DNA of 28,109 nt from Prasinococcaceae sp. CCMP 1430. Lineage: Eukaryota; Plantae; Prasinodermophyta. Position numbers and translations under genes: made by a program. A model generated the notes under the pieces. The model was not told where the DNA came from. It worked only from the letters and a program-made list of their open reading frames with translations, and ran no database searches. Of the stretch, positions 20,546-28,109 are shown one piece after another; the first letter of the stretch is position 1; each line of letters begins with the position of its first letter. Location: contig RQSC01000003.1 of assembly GCA_013416795.1 (NCBI GenBank), forward strand, positions 1 to 28,109, written 5' to 3'.

Positions 20546-20776
20546 TCATTGCCTCTTAGGAAGTTGCCAAGAGTACCCACACGTGGCCTCAGGGCAGCAC
20601 ATGTGATCCACATCCTCATCACCACGCGGAGCTCTCATAGTGAGTATGGGTGGGCGGTATTCGCGACGTGGGCACCATGGGCACCACCATTGGCCATCCT
20701 CCAACACAGGAAGTGGCTTGCCTCTGTTGAGGTCATCAACAACGTACGGGCTGAGCACCTCATCTGGCGGGCGCAT
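20546..20776 (-). CDS. Small putative zinc-ribbon protein or exon (CPWC...CPEATC)
   Basis: 76-aa frame with CxxC and CxxxxC pairs, preceded by an acceptor-like CCTGTAG. Its stop overlaps the ATG of the 20280..20549 ORF. Confidence 0.4.
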   Translation of the reverse strand: MRPPDEVLSPYVVDDLNRGKPLPVLEDGQWWCPWCPRREYRPPILTMRAPRGDEDVDHMCCPEATCGYSWQLPKRQ

Positions 20777-20839
20777 GCTACAGGAGGCCGTGGATGATGT
20801 TCAGGGCGGGAATTATGGCTTGCCCTCCGCTGCTTCACC

Positions 20840-20880
20840 CCCACCCACCCACCCACCCACCCACCCACCCACCCACCCCA
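20840..20880. repeat. (CCCA)n microsatellite
   Basis: Read directly from the sequence. Confidence 0.9.
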
Positions 20881-21207
20881 TCGTCTGCGGCGGCGCGCGC
20901 GCGCGTAAATGTTTCACGAGGGCGCGCTGCGACGCGACAGCCGGTGACATGGGCCGGCCGCGCGCGCGCTGCCGCCGGCCCGTGGTTGCAGCCGCGCCGC
21001 CATTTCGTGCCACGCGAAGCAGCCCGGCTTGGTCGGTCGGTCGGTCGATCGGCGGAGAGTACATAGAGGTTTTGGTGAATACCTCTGTCCATTAAAAAAA
21101 GTAACTCTTTCGTTTTGATATACGGATAGGGTCTTACCCCAATGGTGCATAAATTTTTGTGTGATAGGTCACTTCTAATCTGTGTAGCTATGGAGGAGTT
21201 TTTGGAC

Positions 21208-22598
21208 GGAGATTGTATGGTAAAATAGGAGGGAGATAGTGATATGGAGATATAATATGTTTGTGGTGGAGTGAGAAGGGAGATGATGTAGTTGTTGGAG
21301 TTAGAGTGGAAGATGGAATGATGTTTGTGTAGGTGTGGATGTGGTGTGTGGGTTTGTGTAAGTATTGGTGAGTTAGAAGAAAGAGAGATAGGTGGAGAGG
21401 GTGTGAGGGTAGTGGTAGGGAGGTGGGGTTAAAGGGGAGGTGGGGATGTCAGGACAGTATAGTAGAGGTGGATGAAGGGGGTGAGGGGAGTGAAGGGGAG
21501 GTGGGGATAAGAGGGAGGTGGGGATGTATGGAGATTGTGGTAGATGTTGATGATTGGGATGTGGATGAAGGAGGTTGTTAGAGTGGGTGGGTGATGTTAA
21601 GTTGGAATGATGTTTGTGTAGGTGTGGATGAGGTGTGTGGGGTTGTGTAAGTATGGTAGAGGTTGATGATGGGGATGTGGATGAAGGAGGTTGTTAGAGT
21701 GGGTGGGTTAGATAAAGTGGGATTGATGATTGTGTAAGTGTGGATGAGGTGTGTGAGATTGTGAAAGTATGGGTGTGTTAGAAGAAAAGAGGTTTGGGGT
21801 AGGGTGTGAGGGTTGTGTAAGGGAGGTGGGGATATGGGGTTGAAGAGGAGGTGGGGATGTATGGAGAATGTGGTAGAGGTTGATGATGGGGATGTGGGTG
21901 AAATGGGGATGTGGATGAAGGAGGTTGTTGTGTAAGTATGCGTGTGTTAGAAGAAGAAAGGTTTGGGGGGTAGGGGATGAGGGTAGTTAAGGTGAGGTGG
22001 GGTAGGTTAAAATGGAGATGTGAATGTATGGAGAATGTGGTAAAGGTTGATAATGGGGATGTGGATGGGGATGTAAGGAGAGTAGGGTAGAGGTGGATAA
22101 AGGGGATGAAGGTAGTGAATGGGAGGTGGGGTTAAAGGGGGAGTGGGGATGTATGGAAAAGAGGTTGGTGGGTAGGATGTGAGGGTAGTGATGGGGGAGG
22201 TGGGGATGTAAGGAGAGTATGGTAGTGGTTTTGGTGAATTTTATTGTAATATGTGGAAAATGGTGGGAAATGGGTGGAAATTAATGAAAATAATTGAAAA
22301 TTGAGGAAATGTTTGGATGTGTTTTGGGTAATATTGTTGGAATATTAGTATTATTGAATTTTGATGTAATATTTGTGTATTTTGATTAATATGTATGTTA
22401 AAATGTATGTACTGTATATTGTAAAGTTGGTGTAATTTAAAAAGTAGTTTTGATTAAAATATTAGTGAATGTATTTTGATATTGAAATAAAAAATAGGAT
22501 ATTTTGGAATATTATTTGAAATTTTGTGTTTATTGTGTTAGTTAAAAAAATTTGGATTATATTGTTTAGGGTTAGGGTTTGTATTGTATATTAAAATG
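21208..22598. repeat. Cytosine-depleted, strand-asymmetric block: G-rich patchwork repeat (~21240-22230) then an AT-rich tract (~22230-22600)
   Basis: Only four C on the + strand (21450, 21455, 21941, 22412). Recurring modules such as GAATGATGTTTGTGTAGGTGTGGATG (21317, 21605), GGGATGTGGATGAAGGAGGTTGTT and GGGAGGTGGGGATGT. No ORF in the track. Confidence 0.92.
22565..22580 (+). repeat. Interstitial telomere-like repeat TTTAGGG-TTAGGG-TTT
   Basis: Read directly; lies at the right edge of the C-depleted block. Confidence 0.6.
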
Positions 22599-22603
22599 CA
22601 TGC

Positions 22604-22609
22604 AAAAAA
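22604..22609 (-). terminator. Pol III oligo-T terminator of the tRNA gene
   Basis: T6 run starting 4 nt after the discriminator base. Confidence 0.8.
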
Positions 22610-22612
22610 GAG

Positions 22613-22714
22613 TTACCGCGCCGGGACTCGAACCCGGGTTTGGAGAGTGAGAGTCTCCTGTGATGACCACTTGAGCTTCTGAATCAAGGGATGCAGATAC
22701 TACACTACGCAGTA
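22613..22714 (-). tRNA. tRNA-Glu(CUC) with a 30-nt D-loop intron or insertion (22669-22698, boundaries slide by up to 3 nt)
   Basis: Acceptor stem UACUGCG/CGCGGUA plus discriminator A, anticodon arm GGAGA-CU-CUC-AC-UCUCC, T arm CCGGG-UUCGAGU-CCCGG. Removing 30 nt gives D arm GUGUAGUGGUCAUCAC and a 72-nt tRNA. Confidence 0.9.
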
Positions 22715-23265
22715 CGCGTTCTTTTTTTTGAACGCTGTTGATGTGACCGCTAACAGGCCAGTATACATACCATACAGACAATGCAGAGAGACGTTTGCGT
22801 TCATTTTGATATGCACATGCTGTAGTCGCCGCCGTTCCAGTCCCCCATGTGATATCCACCCGGACGCAGGTGCAAAGGAAACACTCTCTCGATCGATCAA
22901 ACGAACGAAGCCCGAAGTTACATTCGATATTGGTATCATCGCGAACATCAAAATTCACAGCACTTCGCACGAGCCTACGGCCCGGTTTCGCGGCGGCGGG
23001 CGCCCCGGGCGGTGGGGCGCGCAGGTGCCGCGCGGGCCGTTTTGCGGTATGGGGCACGCGCAGCCTTTGCAATCCGCGAAATTTACTCGCGACAGACACA
23101 CAGGCCCACCCCGCGCCGGCTATTCGGCCAACAGCCGGCGCGGCGGCCGGCAGAGCCTCACGTCGCTCGCAGGCCGCGCGCGGCGCCACTCGGCGGCGCG
23201 TACGCTGGCCTCCCTGGCCTCCCGCCACCGCCGCCGCCGCCGCCACCGTCGCCGCCTCCACCACG

Positions 23266-24533
23266 ATGGGCGAGTCTTCCATCCACTCCCTCTCCAGGCG
23301 CACCCTCGTCCTCATGCTCACGTACGGCATCGCCTCGGCGTCCATGCTCGTCGTCAACAAGGCGGCGATCACCATCATCCCCGAGCCGAGCCTGCTGTTG
23401 CTCACCCAGGTGGGCTCCACCGCGCTGCTCGTGGCCATCCCGGCCTCGATGGGCATCACGCCGTCGGCGGTGCGCCTCGTCCCAGACGCCGCCACGGCGA
23501 AGGCGTACTTCATGGTGGCGCTCGTCTTCCTCGCCACCATCTACTGCAACATTCGCATGCTGCAGTACGTCGGCGTGAACGCCTTTGTCGTCATGCGGTG
23601 CAGCACGCCGCTGGTGGTCTCCGTGCTGGACTACGTGCTCATGGGCCGCGAGCTGCCCAGCCGGAGGAGCGCCGCGGCGCTCGCCGGCGTGCTCGCCTGC
23701 GGCAGCCTGTACGTCCTCCTGCGGATGCGCGCGGCGACGGGGGCGGCGAGCGCGGGCGACGGCGACGCGGGCGGCCGGGTCGCGGCCGCGGGGATGTTCT
23801 GGTCTGCGGGTGCGTGCGGAGCCGTCGCAGCAGCAGCAGCAGCAGCACGAATACCGCCCCTGCACCTCATCGCCCCCCCGAGCACTCCCGCTGGCTGGCT
23901 GGCTGACTGGCTGACTGACGCTTGCAAAACCTCCGCCTTCCCCGCAACAACAACAACAACAACCCCCCCCACACACACACGCACACGACCAAAATTTTTT
24001 GTTGTTGTTGCTCCATCACAAAAAAAGCGTGGTTCGTCTCCTTCCTGACGGACATGCTCTTCGTCAAGCACGTGTGTGACACGCACCCCGCCAACGGCAT
24101 GGAGCGCACCCTCTACCAGAACGCGCTCGCGACGCCCGTGCTCGCGCTCGCGCTGGCCGTCGGCGCCGACGGGAGCGGCTCGGCCTCCGAGGCGGCCGGC
24201 ACTCTCGTGAGCGAGATCACCGGCCTCGCCATGGTGCTCGCCTCGTGCCTGGCGGGGCTCTGCCTCAGCTACACGGGGCTTTCGCTGCGCTCGGAGGTCA
24301 GCTCGACCGCCTTCGCCGTGCTGGGCGTCGTGTGCAAAATGGGATCCATCATCCTCAACGAGCTCTTCGTGGACCCCGAGAGGGACCTCTTCAGGCTGCT
24401 CGTGGTGGTCGGCGTGATCGTGTGCAGCTCGCAGTACTCGCAGGCCCCCAAGCGGCCCACGGAGCCGCAGCGGCTCGTCGAGGTCGAGCTGGCGGACGAC
24501 GAAGAGCGCGGCGCCGGCGGGAGCGACAAGTAG
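23266..24533 (+). CDS. Nucleotide-sugar transporter (GONST/GDP-mannose or GDP-fucose type, SLC35/TPT superfamily); exons 23266-23809, 24028-24533
   Basis: SMLVVNKAA, LLLTQ, IYCNIRMLQYVGVNAFVVMRCSTP, LYQNAL, SSTAFAVLGVVCK. A phase-1 intron joins FWSA|AWFVSF. TGTAA at 24630. Confidence 0.9.
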
Positions 24534-24870
24534 AGGTGGGGGCAGGCAGGCCAGCGCGAGGACGAGCACCACCCGGCCGCGCCCCCGCCCCGCCGCGCGC
24601 GCGCCACTTGCCGGCAGCGGAACCCGCGATGTAATGTGTACACTAGTACTACGAGTCCACACTAGAGTACTCTAGAGTCTGTCCGAGACCACAGGAACAA
24701 CATCGTCTCTAGCTGCACTACTAGAGTCGTGTGGTGCTCGTGTGAGGTCCGGTGTGTTAAAGTAAATAATGGCGCCGCCGCCGCTGGCTGGCTCGCTCGC
24801 TCGCTCGCTGGCTCGCTCGCTCGCTGGCTGGCTCGCTCGGCGGCAGGTGTACAACAATGTATGTTTCCCA

Positions 24871-27309
24871 TCAATCCAAATCGTCCGCGGTGCCCTTCGT
24901 CGTCGGAGGAGCCTCCCCCTCGGTCTCCATGGGGGCCTCGCCGTCGGCGGCCGCGGCGGCGGGCTCCTCGGCCGCCTTGGGGGCCTCGACCTTGGGCTTG
25001 GGCTTGTCCATGATGGGCCCGCACACGCGCCTGAGCGTCTCCTCCTTCTTGGAGATCTCGTGCGAGAACAACACCGGGACGGCCGTCTTTGCCATTCCCG
25101 CCTGCTGCGCGGTCTTGTCCTCCAGCCACGCCTTGGCTGCCGCGCACTCCTTCACCATCGTGTCCTTCTCCTCCTGCTCCAAGTGGGCGTACCTCGCCTC
25201 GCCTCCGACGGCCACGCCCTCGAAGAGCGCGACGGCCGCCACCAGGCCGGCCGCCGCCTTGGGGCGCCTCTCCGCCTCGTCGTAGCGCTCCACCACCGGG
25301 TCGGTCACCGCCCTCAGCTCGTCGAGCTTGGCCACGTACACCGCCTTGGTCTCGTCCTCGCCCTCGTCGTACAGCCAGTCCTCCAGGTCGTCGAGCTTCT
25401 TGAGGAAGTCGGGCTTGCCGGCCTCCTCCATGTACTCCGAGTACTTGCCGCCGCCCAGCGCGGTGCGCATGCTGTACACGTACTCCTCGAGCGCGTTCTT
25501 GCGCTCGGCGGTCTCCTCCATGAGCGTGTCCTGGTCCTTCATGCGCTGCTCCGCGGCGACCCACTCCGCCACGGTCGCCTCGGCGTTGCCGAACACGCGC
25601 GCCGTCGACACGGGCACCTCGGTGCGCTTGATGCGCTTCTTGGTGACGAACTCCGGCGCGGCGGCGGCGGCGGCGTCCTCCATGGGCGCGTCCCCCCCCT
25701 CCTTCTTCTCGGCGGCCGTCGCGGGCGGGTCGACCTTGACCTGGTACTCCTCCTCCTCCACCATCTGCGCGCCCTCCACGGTGACCACGCCGTGCAGGTT
25801 GAGCTTGACCTTGACCTTGATCTTGGGCTTGGCGCCGGCGGCCAGCGCCGTGGTGGGCTTGGGGATGGGGCCCACGGAGAACGTGGCGAGCTCGCGCGCG
25901 GCGTCGCCGATGGGCGCGGCCTCGGTGTAGCGCGCGTCGAGCGCGAAGGTCTCGTCGCGGAAGAAGGTGAGCATCTTGGTGGAGGGCGTGGGGTTGTACG
26001 CCGAGAAGACCTCCGCGCCGGCGGCGGTGCCCGCGGCGCCGTCCTTGGAGCCCTCGGTCTCCACGGTGGTGTCCTCGCCGCCGGCGGCGGGCGCCCACGA
26101 GAGCGACACGGGGAAGGGGAAGACGTCCTGCACGTCGAAGTCGCGCACCTTGAAGACGGGCGACAGCATGGCGCACTGCAGCGCGCAGCCGCGCGCCACG
26201 CACTCCGAGGCGTTGAGCGTGCGCGAGATCTCGCGCTTGAAGACGTCCTGCAGCGTGCCGCAGATGGCCGGCACGCGCGAGCCCGAGCCGACCACCTCGA
26301 GCGAGGCGATCTTGTCGACGGCCACGCCCGCGTCGGCGAGCGCCTTCTCGCACGGCGCGCGCACGCGGGCGAGCGTCTCCGCGCAGATCTCCTCGAACTC
26401 CTCGCGCGTGATGTGCGCCCTGACGTCGATGTCGTTCGCCAGGCACTCCACGTTCATGGTCGCCTCCGGGTTGGCGCTCAGGATCTTCTTCGTCTTCTCC
26501 ACCTCCTTGCCCAGGCGCAGCATCGCCTTGTTGTTGCCCAGCACGTCGCCGAGCCCGGGCTTCTCGGCGGCGAACTTCTTGGCGAAGTGCGTGGCGATCG
26601 CGCGGTCGAAGTCGCGGCCGCCGAGGTTGGCGTCCCACGCGTGCGACAGCACCTTGAGCTGGCCCTTGCGGAACGCCACCACGCACACCTGCATGGAGCT
26701 GTGGCCCACGTCGACGAACGCCACGTTCGTGTCCTCCTTCTCGGGCAGGTCGGTCTTGAAGATGCCGTACGCAAGCGCGGTGGCGGTGGTCTCGTGCATC
26801 AGGCGCAGGCAGTTGAAGCCCGCGATCCTCGACGCGTCGAGCACCGCGCGGCGCTGCGCGTCGGTGAAGTACACGGGCACGCCCAGCACGACGTCGGTCA
26901 CCTTGGAGCCCTGGTCCTTCTCGGCGATGCTCTTGATGTCGCCCATGACGATGGCGAGCAGCTGCTCGGGCGTGAGCTTGGTCGCCTTGCCGAGGTACTT
27001 CACCTCGACCTCCACGCCGCCGTCGGCGCGCTCGCTGATGGGGTACATCGCGCGGGCCGCCTCGGCCTGCACGATCGGGTCGGAGAACTTGCGCCCGATC
27101 AGGCGCTTCAGCTCCTTCACCGAGTTCTTCACGTTCATGTTGACCTGCGCCTGGCCCGCGCAGCCCACGAAGCGGCGCGTGGGCGTGAAGCCCGCGACGG
27201 CGGGCGTCTCGCGCGCCGACTCGGAGTTGAGGATCATGTCGATGCCGCGCTTGCGCGCGAGCGCCACCAGCGAGGTGGCGTTGCCCAGGTCGATGCCGCA
27301 GACCGACAT
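24871..27309 (-). CDS. HSP110: Hsp110/SSE-subfamily Hsp70 (812 aa), intronless CDS
   Basis: MSVCGIDLGN, NSESARETP, LMHETTATALAYG, FVDVGHS, LGGRDFD, VVGSGSRVP, RTLNASECVARGCALQCAMLSP, KNALEEYVY, EDWLYDEGED. Confidence 0.97.
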   Translation of the reverse strand: MSVCGIDLGNATSLVALARKRGIDMILNSESARETPAVAGFTPTRRFVGCAGQAQVNMNVKNSVKELKRLIGRKFSDPIVQAEAARAMYPISERADGGVEVEVKYLGKATKLTPEQLLAIVMGDIKSIAEKDQGSKVTDVVLGVPVYFTDAQRRAVLDASRIAGFNCLRLMHETTATALAYGIFKTDLPEKEDTNVAFVDVGHSSMQVCVVAFRKGQLKVLSHAWDANLGGRDFDRAIATHFAKKFAAEKPGLGDVLGNNKAMLRLGKEVEKTKKILSANPEATMNVECLANDIDVRAHITREEFEEICAETLARVRAPCEKALADAGVAVDKIASLEVVGSGSRVPAICGTLQDVFKREISRTLNASECVARGCALQCAMLSPVFKVRDFDVQDVFPFPVSLSWAPAAGGEDTTVETEGSKDGAAGTAAGAEVFSAYNPTPSTKMLTFFRDETFALDARYTEAAPIGDAARELATFSVGPIPKPTTALAAGAKPKIKVKVKLNLHGVVTVEGAQMVEEEEYQVKVDPPATAAEKKEGGDAPMEDAAAAAAPEFVTKKRIKRTEVPVSTARVFGNAEATVAEWVAAEQRMKDQDTLMEETAERKNALEEYVYSMRTALGGGKYSEYMEEAGKPDFLKKLDDLEDWLYDEGEDETKAVYVAKLDELRAVTDPVVERYDEAERRPKAAAGLVAAVALFEGVAVGGEARYAHLEQEEKDTMVKECAAAKAWLEDKTAQQAGMAKTAVPVLFSHEISKKEETLRRVCGPIMDKPKPKVEAPKAAEEPAAAAADGEAPMETEGEAPPTTKGTADDLD

Positions 27310-27718
27310 GGCCGCCGGCGGGGGGTCGCTGCGCAAACCCGTAGCTCGTACCGCCGTACCAGTGGTCTGGTTCCATGGTCTGCTCGCCCAGAAGCGTGCG
27401 GTTGACGCGCGTACCAGCCCTAAAGTTGCCATTCNCGCGCAGCCGCCGCGCGCGCGCGGCGGCGGCTGCGGGCGCCCGGTACGCCTGCCCCCTCGTTTGC
27501 CCCCGCCGCAGACCCGCCCGGCAGCCCAACCAACCAAAAAGCAACCGGGGCTTTTACTGTACCATCGCGCCCTGCATTCGGGGGTTTTGATTCGAGAAGC
27601 GCCCCACCGACCGCGCAGCCGCTTGCGGCGGAGACGCCATCCCGGATCAAATTCTTCGGTATTGCGCTCAATCGGCGAAGGCGCGGCGGCCGACGGAGGA
27701 GGCGTCGGCACGCGCGGC

Positions 27719-27731
27719 TTCCAGAAGCTTC
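27719..27731. promoter_or_regulatory. Perfect three-unit heat shock element upstream of Hsp110
   Basis: TTCcaGAAgcTTC about 410 bp upstream of the ATG; a two-unit TTCgaGAA also occurs at 27591-27598. Confidence 0.75.
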
Positions 27732-27740
27732 GTCGTCGCT

Positions 27741-27762
27741 CGTTCGTTCGTTCGTTCGTTCG
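27741..27762. repeat. (CGTT)n microsatellite
   Basis: Read directly from the sequence. Confidence 0.85.
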
Positions 27763-28109
27763 TCGTCGGCACGCATTGTGCTTTACGCACGCATTCATCG
27801 ATCAAGCAATCGATGCGCGGTGGTGCGAGTTTCGGTTGGAAACGCGATCTGATAAGGGTTGGGTGTTGCGCATCCATGGGGAGGGTTTGGTGCTCTTTTT
27901 TTTTGGCGGGAAACGGCGTGCGTCTGGGGGCGCGCGCGCGCACGCCCATGACACACACCACCACAACGACACCACCACCACCACCACCACCACCGGGTTG
28001 TGCTCGCTTTGCAGCCTCCTGGCGGCCACAGCGCACACGGGGGGCGCCGCGCCCGCTCGCCGCGGCCGCGATGCCCGCTGTCAAGCGCGGCGCCGCCGCC
28101 GCGGGCCTG

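Noticed and set aside
21208-22598. Degraded protein-coding repeat (e.g. Cys-rich zinc-finger array) or fungal-type RIP product
   Set aside because: No consistent reading frame could be reconstructed by eye, and repeated RIP would deplete both C and G rather than C alone.
24662-27544. Long alternative-frame and antisense ORFs over Hsp110 (960 aa, 878 aa)
   Set aside because: Shadow ORFs caused by extreme GC3 bias; the same applies to most Arg/Ala/Pro-rich ORFs in the track.

Overview
Gene-dense, very GC-rich eukaryotic nuclear DNA, most consistent with a prasinophyte-type green alga (inferred from short GTGCG...CTGAC...AG introns, TGTAA poly(A) signals and telo-box-like motifs). Protein genes: a HAT/TPR protein, IDI, a TMEM87/GOST 7-TM protein, Cwc2, an ERG4-type sterol reductase, NAXD, a large uncharacterised coiled-coil/C2-like protein, a nucleotide-sugar transporter and Hsp110. 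Four things the ORF track does not explain: (1) an unannotated multi-exon minus-strand transcript (~4560-6440) whose introns carry up to five box C/D snoRNAs, three with exact rRNA guides, plus an apparent zero-length-exon splice site; (2) a 1.4-kb block (21208-22598) with only 4 cytosines on the + strand, bracketed by a short inverted repeat whose mismatches are all C>T and ending in telomere-like repeats; (3) an adjacent tRNA-Glu(CUC) gene with a 30-nt insertion in the D-loop; (4) a ~115-bp stretch encoding a bacterial DsbD-like transmembrane motif just ahead of the TPR gene. rRNA and protein-family matches are from recall, not from searches.
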